Part shown: positions 37,945 to 50,534 of the stretch, piece after piece
Layout of the letters: every line of letters starts with the position of its first letter
How positions within the stretch are numbered: position 1 is the first letter of the stretch
Source of the DNA: Hydrolagus affinis
Taxonomy: Eukaryota
Assembly: GCA_012026655.1 (NCBI GenBank)
Contig: JAAILG010000883.1
Location: forward strand, 1-64,000
Length of the DNA: 64,000 bases
Reading direction: 5' to 3'
Translations under genes and position numbers: made by a program
The notes under the pieces: generated by a model
What the model saw: the letters and a program-made list of their open reading frames with translations, nothing else
Database searches by the model: none
What the model was told of the DNA's origin: nothing

Positions 37945-38886
37945 TGACCAGGACCGTTCTTTTCCACATCCGTCACATTATCCGCCTCCATCCGTACCTC
38001 ACAACCAATGCAGCAGAAACCATCTTCCCCACTTTTGTTACTTCCCAGCTGAACTATTTAGCTGTACTATTTAGAAGTCCTATAGCTCAGTGCTTAGACC
38101 ACTCAACTTGCAAGTGAGTGACCTGGGTTCGAATCCAGGCAGGTCAAAACCTTGGTCAAGTTTCCTTACTCCACAAGCCTAATAATAATCTGTCAAAAAA
38201 ACAATAATAATTTGGTCACTCAATCCAAGACTGTTTGTGGACACTGCTGTGCGCAATTGGCTGTCACATTTGTTCCACAAATATACAGTCAAGTCACTGT
38301 ACAGTGTATTCTTTGAAGTGCTTTGAGACTTCTAGAAGACATGAAAAGTGCTATATCAAACGCAAGGATTATTATTACTATCGCTATTACAATGCCTTCC
38401 TTGCTGGTCTCCTCAGCACCAAACTACGCAAAATTTAATTAATTAAAAACTCCACCGTATAAAACTCTGTACCCCCGTCACACCAGTCCTTGTCAGGCTC
38501 CATTGGCTCCCAGTTACCAAACAGATCGATTTCAAGATCCTCTCACTCGTTTTCAAATCCCTTCATGCCCTTGCACCTTCCTACCTACCCAATCTGACTC
38601 CAGCATCTACTGGCGTACCTTCGGCTGGCTCTGGCCTCCTCTTTGTTCCTCGTCCCCTCTGCTACACTATCAGTGCCTTCAGCCACTGTGCACCAAAACT
38701 CTGGAACTCTCTCCCTCAATCCCTCCACCTTGTTGTCTCCCTCCACTCTTTCAAATCCCATTTAAAGACCTTCCTTTTTTGATTGTGGGAATGTTCACCT
38801 CTCGCTTCCCTCTCTCTCTGTCAGACTCTGCAACTGTCGACGTTGCCCCACATGAAGGGTACTATATAAATGCAAGTTGTTGTTGT
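37945..38886 (+). mobile_element. L2-clade LINE 3' region (~0.6 kb net) interrupted by a SINE
   Basis: Translates FHIRHIIRLHPYLTTNAAETIFPTFVTSQLNY | YNAFLAGL..TKLRKI, compared with the L2 motif FHLRNIARIRPYL..AAE.LVHAFVTSRLDYCN.LLAGL. LHWLPV..RSISR-like sequence follows, and the tail is aaatgcaagttgttgttgt. Confidence 0.9.
38074..38378 (+). mobile_element. Full-length tRNA-derived SINE (~305 bp), tRNA-Ala(TGC)-like head, L2-type (TTA)n tail
   Basis: A box TAGCTCAGTG at 38083, anticodon-like loop CTTGCAA, B box GGTTCGAATCC at 38126-38136. The body and tail are shared with about 10 truncated copies in the window. Confidence 0.92.
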
Positions 38887-39249
38887 AGGATGAAAACTTG
38901 AGTAACACAAGAATATTGTGTTCCTATGCCAATTTTTGATGGTTAAACTGAATTGTTATAAAAAAGTCTGTAAAGGAAACATTTTACCAACCCTTTATCT
39001 GAAGTTTAATGGAGGTCTGTTCTTTAATTTATGTTCAGCTAAGATGTTTTAAACTAAAGAGATAAGTTTAAAGCTTGCTCCTTCTCTCTCTCTTTTCCCC
39101 CCTCCCCTAACTCTGTTCCCCCACAATGAACACTAATTTTTTCCCCTAAAAGCTGCCTTGGCACAGTTTTGTAGTTGCCAATACGACTTAGGTGCCTCTC
39201 CCACATGTTCATTCTTCTGTGTGAGTGAGACAGTTAATGGGGGAGAATT

Positions 39250-39430
39250 TCAATTGAGTCTATACTGTCTTCACTCAACTTCTGTAATTTCCAGTAGTAA
39301 TCACTGGTTATTGACCAGGAGCAGAAGCTCTTATGCTTATTTCTCCCTTGTCCAGGGCTCTGGGGCAATAAATCCAATTTTGGGACCCCAAATAAGATTT
39401 ACCAACTCAGCACACAGTGAAATTTAGACC
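39250..39430 (-). mobile_element. Family-X SINE-like copy
   Basis: The reverse complement reads ctgtgtgctgagttgg...attgg...tgcccc...cttctgctcctggtc...ccagtga...ctggaaa...gagtgaagacag. Confidence 0.65.
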
Positions 39431-39436
39431 CAATAA

Positions 39437-39567
39437 GCAATTGGCCACAGTGTTTCGCCCACAAAATATAGAGTCAATTCACTTTACATTATAGTGTATT
39501 CTGTGAAGCGCTTGGAGATATCTCAAAGATGTGATAAGGCACTATCAAATGCAAGGATTATTATTAA
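39437..39567 (+). mobile_element. SINE 3' half
   Basis: gcaattggccacagtgtttcgcccacaaaatatagagtcaattcactttac...ctgtgaagcgc...gataaggcactatcaaatgcaaggattattatt. Confidence 0.9.
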
Positions 39568-42500
39568 TACTTACTGTGCTGACCTCTGCTTTACTGTTAC
39601 CTTAAAATAGGCTTCATTCTTCACATGTGTGTTGTATTATATGTTTTTTTTTAATCTTCAACCTGTGTTACTTTTAACCCAAACCTATTGAGAGAACAAT
39701 AGATTAAATGTGTCTGGCTGTTGCAGTTTGCTGCTGTAGCCAGGCGAAACAGTGAAAGATTCTCAGTTAGCTTTCTTTTAATTATACACCAGGATACCTT
39801 AGAGCTGTGTGGTCTGGAAAAGGTCACTTGCCTGTGAAAATATGCTTGATCTTGAATGTATGTAACCAGATTGTTTTAAGGGATTCAGTTTGTGTGTTAT
39901 GAGGCCTGACCTTTTATGTCATGAATTTTCAAATGAGTTTGGGGAAGGATTGTCACTGCTGGTATGTACACTCCGAATATCCGTGCAGAATGGAAAAAGC
40001 AGTGTAATCATGTCAATAATTCCATGAGGGATTGGCAGATGCGGATGACACCTTTTGCAGATACCTTGCACAACAGAGCCAAACTGCTGGCGTCAGATAG
40101 CATATGTATTTTACTAATGGGATTTCATCTTTTCAGTAGAAAATGAGGTTGGTTTGAAATTTTTTTTAACTTATGACTGACAGTGTTATACAGTTCTTTG
40201 GCAAGGCAAATGTGTTGAAACTTGATGCTGAATGTTACAATTCAATTTAATTCAAACTGTAGAGGTGTAGAGTTATTTGGTCAATCTTGGATATAAAGGA
40301 TTACGATGGAACATATACTTGCTGTTCGGGTGTTGAGATACATATCCACCCAAATAGGCTGCTTCAAGTTTTAACTCTGGTTCAGCAGAGTTCCGATGAC
40401 GGAACATTTCTCTTCCATTCTCCAGTTTTCTGAAAGTGTTGATGCATTACTTGGATATGTCCCGATAGTTTTAAAGTTCAAATTCATCCAGAATTTTGTG
40501 GAAACTTCCTCAATTTTGAAGCTAGTTTTCTTTTTTAAGAATTGAAGAAAACTTTCTTCAAAAATGTTATTTTTATTTGAGCAAATTTGAGAAAATAATA
40601 ATGATGAATAACAATATTATTAATAATAATAAACGGCTATTTGCAGTACTGGCTGCAATACGTTTTAACTCATGTGACAGACTGAGGGAGAGGACGATTC
40701 AGTCTTGTGTCCTTGTTTCTGTCCGAGTGCTTGTTAGAACAACATTTGTTGCTACCACACTGCCCAAATGGAGGAGGAGTCATTCTTATTTCCAAATTTC
40801 TTATTTTCTTGGTTATTACTTAAAATCCTGTGTTTTTTTAACTTGATATCTGAGGACCGATGTCATCCTTTGCGATGAAAAGGCTTGTCTGCTCTCTGAG
40901 CTTTATACAGTACTGCTGCTAGATCAATATTTTAGAAGACTTGTGCGAAAACGTGTGGTGTAAACCCCAGTGATCGTGTTCTGCTGCCTCATCAATTCTT
41001 GGCTGGAGATCACATTTTGAACAGGTATCCTATGAATGTAAATGGGACTGCTTACCTCAGACAACTGCGGAATCTGCAGAAGCCCAATTGGGTTCTATGG
41101 AATCACAAGGGATCAATAGGAGCACGCTTTCACACATGAAAACATAATTATGGGATGATCTGAATGTGACATTGCGTCAGAATTATTAAATGAACACATC
41201 CTAATATAAAACAGCAATGTTGGATGTGCATGGCAGCGGCATTGGTTCAGGAGGTTGGGTTTGCACGGAGCTGAAGAGAAACTGCATCCATTGCGATGTG
41301 CCTTAGATCTGGTGAGTAACTACAGCTAGTGCGCAATGAAGTGGACCAGTGGGGACTCTGAGAAAAGAGTTGAGTTGAAAGCGTTATAAATAAATGCAGC
41401 AAGATAATTCTGATCTCTTCCTGACTTCACTTTTGGTTTTGTTCTGTATTTTGTTGCTTATTTTGTGGGAGAAGGAAAATGAAAGATCTCAGTCCTGGGA
41501 ATGGAACAGTTCCCGTTTCCAATTATTTGAAAGCATTTATATGCAAACTGTGTGTTGATGGCTCCATCTAGTACTTTAATCTGTTTCCAGTTTATTCCCC
41601 ATTTTGTGGTAGATGCCCCTACGCTATAGTTTGAGTTTGTTTAATAATCCCCTGACAATGGTTTGACACCTGGGCAAACCTCTCTATTTCTAAATTTTGT
41701 TTTCATTTATGCTTTGTGCCTGTGTTATTTCAGCATCTTCTGTATAATTCCCTTTGAATGATCTGCTCTGGTGTATTAGTTCAGTGCTGTTCTGTTAGCA
41801 GCTTCCACTTTGGTATATTTCTCATAAAACTGTCACAAGTATATTGGAGATTTAATTTCGCTTGGAGTATTCTGAATGCTGCGATGAATGTTGTGAAACC
41901 GATGTGCAATCTTAGGACAACGAAAACAAGGGCGTGTTCGGATCACATCTCCACTGAATACCCTCAACTAGATTGATAATATAGAAACCCGTTTTGTACC
42001 ACTTATGTCCCTGTCATGAGTGCATTATTTGTAGCAACTTAATAGAGCTGCAGGTTCTTTTGCGTAATTACTTATATCTCCCCCTGCAGGATAAATTAAC
42101 ACTTGGGACCTGAATAATGCTTGGTAAGACAATTTCACTGGAATTTACTTAATCAGTCTCATCATTTCCCCAGGTAGCTGTCTTTACCTGGTACAGAATG
42201 TGTGATAATCAGCAATAAGTCATTCTTAACTGTTGAGGGTTAATTAGGCAGCCCTTGTTGTTGGAAGTATGTAGAAAAAGCCTGACCTTCATTCTAAGGC
42301 TATGCAAAATATAATGGCATGCTTCACTGATATTACCTCCTACTGGGAATGGTTCGTTTTTTGGAGACAAAGCAGTTGCATGTTCTACCTTGGAAAATAT
42401 GTTATTATTAGCATACAGCAGAGGAATCACAATTTTCTGATAGTCTGGCTTTTGTCTATTCACATCACATCTACTCACTGCAATAAAAGAAGCAGACTAT

Positions 42501-43007
42501 TCAATTATGGAGGGCATCCGTGTCGACACACGTACAAAGCACACCCATGTGTACAGATGCACACAAAACACACATGCACGTACATCAGATAAACACGATA
42601 TGTACAATCACAAGCTACACACTTAAGTTTTCTATCTGGATTCTCGTACGGGCGAATGGAAGTGGGTAGGTAATGCTCACTACCTTTGGAGAAAGTCGTA
42701 AACCATGGTGGGTCAAACAAATCTGTTGCCCCGAAATCTGTCCTGCAAGGTAAGGTTAGATTCCCTAACGCCATGTCACGCTAGGAAACATGAAAAGGTT
42801 CAAAAGTACCCTCGGTGATACTTGCTATAGATGCAGGGGTTGAGGCCTCTTGCATCTACCTTCTGTTGACAAAGGGGTGTTAAATATAACAACTTGTGTT
42901 TATATTGTACTTCCCTTGGGGTAATGTCTCAGAGCGCTTCACAACGCTGAGCAAGTGAGAAGGGGAAGAGGGTTGAGGGGAACGTGAGCGAGGATACAGT
43001 TCTAAGA

Positions 43008-43205
43008 CAAAAACAGAAATCGCTGGGAACAACCAGCAGGTCAGGCAGCATCCATAGAGAAAGGAAACGTTCTGACGAAGAGTCATGGACCCGAAACGTT
43101 AACTCACTTTTCCTTTCTCCATAGATGCTGCCTGACCTGCTGGTTATTTCTAGTCATTTCTGTGTTTGTTTCAGATTTCCAGCATCCGCAGTAGTTTGCA
43201 TTTCT
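43008..43205 (+). mobile_element. Short non-autonomous Penelope-like element: inverted (hairpin) pseudo-LTR fragment with 14-bp TSD
   Basis: 61-bp inverted arms at 43007-43067 and 43109-43169 (53/61 matches). TSD atacagt(t/g)ctaaga at 42994-43007 and 43206-43219. Confidence 0.8.
43069..43103 (+). ncRNA. Minimal type I hammerhead ribozyme motif
   Basis: gtt-CTGACGA-a-gagtc atg gaccc-GAAA-cgtt-aac. Both catalytic boxes are present. Stem II has 4/5 pairs, stem III is a palindromic ACGT, and stem I is 3 bp. Confidence 0.7.
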
Positions 43206-44091
43206 ATACAGTGCTAAGAGTTCATTTTTAGGCAAGATTAAAAACAGATAGTGGAGACAAGATAGCTGAAGATTTAGCCACTAATTGTGACTCATAGAGT
43301 GTTTAGAGGCACTCAAACAAAGCAAATAAAGCAATACAAACAATATTTGCAGAAAATCTAGTAGCCATAGATGTACATAGCATGTGTGGTCTTTAAATGT
43401 GGGGGACAATTACATTTTAATGTGTGATTTAGGGTTGATACAAATCCATACCCGTGACGTTCCCTACAAATCCCCCCACAGCAGTGAAGATACCAATTTT
43501 TTTTTGCTTGTCTGTAAATTTATCTAAAATCTGCAAGTGGAAATTTGCATTAAAATGGACGAGAGTGACATTGAAATGATTGGGTGAAAATCGAGATTTA
43601 AACATTTACATATAAAATATATTTGACATCTCCGTGACTGGCTTTTGAGTGGATTTTGACTGTATATTTTTGTTCACTGAATAGCCATGTATATCTTCTC
43701 TGGTGTGCGCACGGGGTCAATAAATGGGAGCAAAATCATGCACAGAGGGTTCTGGTATGAACCTGTGTTTAATATATGGTTCAGGTTGTACACAGCAAGT
43801 GCTATTTATGGGCCTATTTTACATAATTGAAATGGTAGTGCTTGCCTCTACATCAGCAGGTCTGCACGGGCACAAATGTAAGGAATCCCCCAGACAGGTA
43901 ACTGCTGTACCACTTTCTGAGTTGAAAGTTTGCAGATGAATGTAATATGCTGGAAAGTTGCCGTCAGTGGGCTGTGCTCTATTCAAAATGCCTGATTTTT
44001 CAACTGAGGTGGAACAAGCGCACATTGATTTGAATTGGTGACGTATCTCATTGGTCGACATTGCAGATACAGCAGGTCAGGGCGGTACGAT

Positions 44092-44159
44092 AACAACAAC
44101 AAAATCCCATTTGTAGAGCGCCTTTCACGTCGGGAGGACGTCCCAAGGCAGTGAACAGT
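44092..44159 (-). mobile_element. Very short L2 3' tail insertion
   Basis: aacaacaacaaaatcccatttgtagagcgcctttcacgtcgggaggacgtcccaaggc. Confidence 0.88.
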
Positions 44160-45889
44160 TTCAAATATCAAGGTGTAAACTTAATTTTTTTTCAGCCAAA
44201 TCAAAATACCTTTTCACATCTCTTGGGTACATGACTGCCCCTTCGGTCCAAAAATCCATCGGAAATCGTGCAGTGTGCATACCATTCTGAGAGTTCCATG
44301 TATGCCACCTGAACAGGTAAATTTTCGTTTGAATTGGAATGCTTGCTTTCACTCAAGGGACTCATCCCAGAGAGTATTAGGCACAGGTCAGTAAGATCAT
44401 GGCTTGACATCACAGTGTGTGCCTTGGGATATTGCTGGAATTTAACCAGCTAAAACCGCATCGCTTGCAATTGAATGCACTGTCTGGTGAGCTTTCTGCT
44501 GCTGGTCCAGCTAGGACCATCAAAGCCATTAGGGCTTTAATTTGCAGACTTAACAGGAACTGAGTGGAAAGAATCTCTTCCCCCAGTGACGAGTCTGCCG
44601 CTCCAAATCCTGCAGATGAGCGAGGCTGTGTGTGATGAGGAGACGTTCGGGTGAAGATAGCCCTTTGGTCCATTTGATCTGATACTTTGCAATGCTACAT
44701 TTGCATCACCATAGTAACCATAGTGATTTCAGCACAGAGAGCTGCTGAATGCAACTCATTTTCTTCAAAGTCTTCTGTAGTTTGCTTGGGTTAATATTTA
44801 TGGGAAGATTGACCACTCGCCAGATCTTGGGTTGCTGGAGTACGCAAATAGAATGTAAATGAGGATACCAGTTGAAACTCTTCAGTTTGATTTTTGACTG
44901 AGTCCTTGAAAAGTACTTCAGGGTCCACTGGGCAGTAAAGTAGCCGACTGTGGTTATCAGCCTTTACTCCAAAGTTTCTCTTCTCCTGATTCTTTGCAAG
45001 ACAGCTGGTTGCAGGGAACCTTTGGATGACTCATGCTGCTTACCAGTATGTGGGCAACACACCCGATCTGTATTGCTCATCGTCTGGAGCTGATAGTCAT
45101 GTACGCAATGGTCCGAAGGTCCAACTGTTGCTATTTCAAGAATGTATGTAATTAAATCCGGTTGAGTGCTCGGTGCTTTATGGGACAGCAACTGATCTAC
45201 GATTGTATTTGAATTCATTTGGGTGTTTTGTTTTAGTAAAAAAAAAGCACAATACATCTGCTTCCTTTGAGTTATCAAACCTTACCTACCACGTCTGCTA
45301 TTTTACACTTAGATCATCCATCAATATCTAGCTTTTACTACTGGTTATTACCTGTCATTTGAAAATCTATTTTACATTGTTCCTGCAGCCAAAGAGGGGC
45401 CATAATAATAGAATTCACTACCAGGTTTCATAAATTCTTAGCAAATCAATACTTTTTTCACTGAGAATATATCAGTGTTTCACAGCTATGCACCATTAAA
45501 CATTACCACTATTCTCATAGCCTCAGATTTGAGCTGATGGGTTAAGCTAATGCTGCTTGTTAATTGGAGTGTTCCATTTTAGAGAATGCATAGAGTCCAT
45601 TGTGCTGAGAGTTTCAATTGAAGTCTTGTTTGTGTTACCCATTTGATTACTGCTGCTTTTGGGGGCCAGTTCATGACTATTAACCTAGCCCTAAAATAGC
45701 AGTCGAAATTCAGCTGAATGAATGTGGCATCCATGAAATTTCTGGGGTGAGATTAGAGAGAAATAACTGGTGTATTTTAGTGTCAATCACTTGTCTCCTT
45801 TTAAGTTTTGTAACATCAAAATGCTAATGGAAACGCCTCTGAACTTTTAGTGGGTAAAGTGAATGTCTGGTTCAACAATAAGTTGCAGT

Positions 45890-46220
45890 TTGCATCCTGA
45901 GCGGGCATAGTTTTCTGAGCTGGGGACTGTTTCAGTGGCCTCTGTATCCTAGGTTCAGGAGGGGACAGTCAGGGTTCCTGCTCCTAATTTCTAGAAGGAG
46001 CACATGGTTGTATGTCAGGTGAGGATAGGCTTGGCTCGGCTGATGTCTGTGGTTAAATGGCCTGTGAACACTCAATGTCAAGACATGCATTTGAATAATA
46101 GCTGCATGGAGGACTTCCCACAGGGTAACCACTTCTTGCACCTCAGAAAAAAGATAAGGAAGTCAAAGGCCTTCAGAGCAGCAAGAGGGGAGAGTGTTGG
46201 AGGAGACAGAATTGGTAAAT
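45890..46220 (+). mobile_element. Family-X SINE-like copy
   Basis: cagtggcctctgtatcctagg...cagggttcctgctccta...tgtcaggtgaggataggcttggctcggctg...ggttaaatggcctg...acactcaatgtc. Confidence 0.7.
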
Positions 46221-46759
46221 AAAAAAATGATTCCAGTTTATTTCAGAATGAGAGAGCTGTTGAGCTGAGCTGTTTTAAACAGACAAGTGTCCTGTGTCAT
46301 TTATTCACAGCGGTCCTGCCATGGCTGGGCATGGTGCATTGGAGAGTTTGTATTTTGTGCTATCTTGCTACTCTTTCTTAATGCAATGAGCCAGTTATCA
46401 TTTACATCAAAAACAATTTTCAGTCACATGTGGTTGCTTTTTAACTCTCTGCTATTTAAATATCCCTGCTGTGCAGTTCAAAGATTGCATTTCAGATGAC
46501 ACAGGAGACCACCTCCAGAAATCATGCTGAAAGGATGTTCCAGTTAGGTGCATGTTTTATAGCAGGTACTTTGTATAATTTCCTTATTAATGAGGGATTA
46601 ATAGACAGCAGATGTCAAAGATTGTGATCTATCTGAGAATCTTATAATGAAAAGCTGAGGCACTGGGTTATGTCTAGATGCTACACTGTCTGCATTTTCT
46701 TTCCGCAGATTCACACCTTCGGCAATATTATAAGTATTGGTGGCGATTGCCAACAAATG

Positions 46760-46945
46760 GACAAAAGCAGAAAATATACTTTGAACCTAAATCCTGTATG
46801 ACTGGATTTAGGTTTGATGCTTTTAATTTTGGGGGGTTCTGAGCAGTTCCACCTAAAACTTCAATCTGTCTCTTTAGATAATACGGGACATTCTGGCATT
46901 TTCCGTTTCTATTTCAGATTTCCAGCATTCAGAGTCTTATCTTTC
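46760..46945 (+). mobile_element. Degraded copy of the Penelope-like hairpin element
   Basis: ttctggcattttccgtttctatttcagatttccagcattcagagt shares tttcagatttccagcat with 43169-43185. The hammerhead boxes are decayed (ttctgagca...cctaaaac). Confidence 0.6.
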
Positions 46946-47013
46946 TATCTCTCTATTCATTAATCATGTTATTTTCGACATATAAACTATACAGGATGCA
47001 GATGTGTACTTTT

Positions 47014-47075
47014 AATAATAATTCCCCTATTCGATGTTGTGCCTTATCACGTCTTCGAGATGTCTCAAAGTGCTG
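47014..47075 (-). mobile_element. Short SINE/L2 tail
   Basis: aataataattcc...gccttatcacgtcttcgagatgtctcaaagtgct. Confidence 0.8.
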
Positions 47076-48716
47076 AAATGACACCTAGTTTTTAGATGGT
47101 GAGACCTGTTTACCTTCAAATTTAAGATAGCTCAAAATTGTAGAAAATTCTTAAATCCAGTTTTAATTTGGAAGCCAGTCAGTCATCCATGATTCTTAAA
47201 AGAATTGTCTTCCTATTTAAGACTGAATTGAAGAATGCCCCACTAATCCACAAAGTGATGAATTCTAACACAGAATAATTTACAGGATAAAAATAGGTTA
47301 AATTTCAGGCTGCATGTGTACATTTTATACTCTTAAAATTAGTTTCTGTAGATCTTAAAATAATATTAAACACAATCTGTTAAGTCTTTTGTATTAATAG
47401 TCGAGTTAAATGTTCCTTACTGGACTTGAGCCAAATCTGAAAAAATAAGTCACCTAAAACAGTGTTGAAAAAAAATCAGCTTGAAACATTCGTCTTATGA
47501 GGCAACCTCACATCACAGCAGTTGTGCTGCAGTCCTTGTAGTAGTTTTAATTTGCATCAGATATTCTACGGAAAAAAACATTGCTGTAGTCCCACTACAG
47601 GCTCTGTTCTGTAAGATCCACAAGAGAAAATTGGAACACACAAGCTATTGTTTGAGGCTGTGCTTGACGTCTCATGTTGGGGTGATGGTGAGCTCTTTTT
47701 TTTGTTATTAATTGCTAATCCAATTGAGCTGCTGTTGATGTGGTTGCAGTGGTATGCTTTAAAGTAAACCCTCAATCTTTAAATGAGATATATTTCTGAA
47801 AGACTGCGGGGATTTTCTTAATCTTGGGTTGATTACTGGAGCTGGTATTTGTGGAGAATGAATGTGTCTAATCTAGTATAACGTATAGAGACAGGAAAGT
47901 TGTGTAAGCGGACCTGTCTACAGTTGATCTGAATGAAAGCGCAAAATTAGGAACAGAAGTAACTCATGATGGGTTGTAATCCAAAACAGATTTGCTTAGC
48001 AATGTTGAATGAAGAATTATTTTTGGAGCGATTCGCTTGCTTTCATAGTTAACCACTGTCGTCTGTTGTTGGTGTGCTGTCTGTGCAGTCAGACAATTTG
48101 AGGTCATTAACCTGGAGGAGGTAAGGCTGTCCAACATATTCTGCTTGTAGCAGATTGATAACATGCAGCACAAACATTTCAAACCGTTAATCAGTTTGTC
48201 AAGGAACAGAGACTATTTAAACAAGATTGGTACCATTTACTTATACAGAACGTCAGAACGTCAGGAAGAAGAAAGGAAAAAAGAAAATGAAGTAAAACTA
48301 CAAAACGCTTGATTTGCTCTTGTGGCTGAGTAATGTGGCAGCTGTACAATTCTTCTCAGAGTTATCCGCTCTATCTTTGTAAAAAAAATACCATACAGGG
48401 TGCGGAGTACTTATTTATTCAGAACAAAAAGAACCAACATTGAGACAATAAAATGTCTGAATGCCGCACACTAGATAAGAGGAATATTGGAAACCTAGGT
48501 AATGGAATGCAACAGTTTGAGTTATTACGTTTATTGAGCAAAGGTCAGTTATTATTCATATTCATTCATGGCTTATGACTGAATACAGTTTGTTTTATGA
48601 AGCTTGCGAGTGTTTCAGTGCAACTCTTGTCAAAACAAAGTATAATTAATGACTGGGGATGAAACTGGCGTCTTGACAGTGGAATATCTCTGTATTGCTG
48701 CAGATAACTGCAGTGA

Positions 48717-48777
48717 TTTGGGACGTCCTCCCGACGTGAAAGGCGCTATATAAATGTAATTTTATTGTTGTTGTTGT
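48717..48777 (+). mobile_element. Very short L2 3' tail insertion
   Basis: ttgggacgtcctcccgacgtgaaaggcgctatataaatgtaattttattgttgttgttg. Confidence 0.9.
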
Positions 48778-50534
48778 AGACCTAATGTGTATAATTCTAA
48801 TGGGAATTTTTACGACGGAGCATCACAATGCGTTTACGTTTGAAACTTGGTCACACTTCACACTTCTCCATTTTTGCAGCCCTCAGTCACAACCCTGAAT
48901 TTGAACATTTGTTTCCTCGACTGATGATGGAGCGCAGTACTTGTACAGTACTTTAGAATTTTGTACTGATGTGGCGTAACATGCCTGACTCATAAAAATG
49001 TTGTGGGATGGCTAAAAAAATACTAAAAAGGTGGGAGGGGGAGAGAGGGAAGCGAACAGCCTTCCCCCAAAATGCTGTGTTTATGAAGGAGCTTTAAACA
49101 CATTCCATAACCAAGACTAGACTTCAAAATCCAGTTCAAAGTCCGTTCAACAAAGCCCATGTTCCGCCATCATAACTTTGAACAAATAGTATCACCTTCC
49201 ACTTGCGGTAGATAAATTCTAATCTATTTTGCCAGCAATGCATGATACGTCGAGGTAGAATTGCAACCAAACTTTAATTCAATTTAACACGCTTTACATT
49301 TCACAGAAGTTTTTATTAAAAAAAAGTAATTTGAGGATGTCGCTGGGTTTATCTGATCCACTTGTTCTGAAAGGCTCATTCAGCCCGCAGGAACATCTGA
49401 GTATGTTTTTTTTCTAACTTTTGATTTACTGTCTTTCACAAGATATCTGTATCTCATTTTTGTGTACAAACAAATATCTTCTTAGGAATCTTTTCGGCTG
49501 GCTGTGTAAATGAAAAAAGTATTGATTTTCAGGGGAAAAAATAGTGCAACAGTAAAATGGACTATAGATCAAACACACACAGAACCAGAAAGGCTGTAGA
49601 TGATGAATGTTTCAATTCATGCAATGGGCTTCAAAGTTGTTGAAGAAAATATAGCAGCTCATTGAACAGCAAAGTTCAGGTCTTTTTTTGTAGATATAAA
49701 TGTTAGATTCTATTTTCTGAGGCTTTCCTGATGCTATAGAGCTGAAAATCTCACTTCGTAGATGTTTTCCTTTCTTCTACAGAAAGCATGTGGACATAGG
49801 ATGTAGGTTTGTATGCGTTTTTTGCTTGCTGATGACTTGTAATTTAAACAAACTGGAAAAAACGGCAAAGAACATTTTAAATGCTCTCAGAAAATCTTGC
49901 TGCTCTAAAATCAGGTGCATTCATATGTTTGCTTTGACCTAAGAGTGCCTCCTCTGGAATTAATCTGCTAAGACTTTCTATTGTATTTTCAGCATTGTAA
50001 TGTATGACACGAAATAACTAATAGACTAATTTCACCCTGAAGACCTGTATTCTCCCAACTAACCATAAGAGTCTTAGGTTCATGTTTCTTTTTACATGGC
50101 ATTTATTAGAAACCAGTCTCTTGAAGCACTGGGCATTTGTTCATTTAATTATATTTTTGCCTTTTTAATGTGTTTGAGATTTTTCCGATATGATTCTGCG
50201 TATAGTTTTTGGGTCAGAATACAATAGCATCATAATACAGCGGCAGTACCTTTGAAATCAAATTCTGATTTGACAAACATTTTGCCTTTTTATTATTTTA
50301 ATTAAAAATGTGTTTGAGATTCAGGCGGTAAGAAAGTCTGATATACATATTATCCCTCAACATCCCCCTCCCATGCATATGACAACACTTTGCGGGTAGA
50401 GCAATACTTTGTGGACCAACTTGCAAGCCTGGGTGTTTCACTGTCTGTCCTGTCAACTCGTATAGTGTGAATGAAGTGCACGGTTTACATGTCAATTTCC
50501 CACTTCCTGTGTCTTGTGTTGTATACGCATATCA

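Larger units (their letters stand above)
42886..43270 (-). mobile_element. L2-type 3' end interrupted by a Penelope-like hairpin element
   Basis: aacaacttgtgtttatattgtac...gtctcagagcgcttcac..., resuming after 43205 with gagttcatttttaggcaag. Confidence 0.65.

Noticed and set aside
38074-38145. tRNA-Ala gene
   Set aside because: It has A/B boxes but no proper acceptor stem, and it runs directly into a SINE body and tail.
42090-42123. Exon-like segment with good acceptor and donor
   Set aside because: Stops in all three frames; at most non-coding, and there is no other support.
3297-48262. Scattered 8-20-bp tandem or near-tandem duplications (3297, 11041, 15947, 24734, 31880, 48246) as a CRISPR-like or organised array
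   Set aside because: They are unrelated two-copy slippage events with no shared repeat or regular spacers, in a eukaryotic context.
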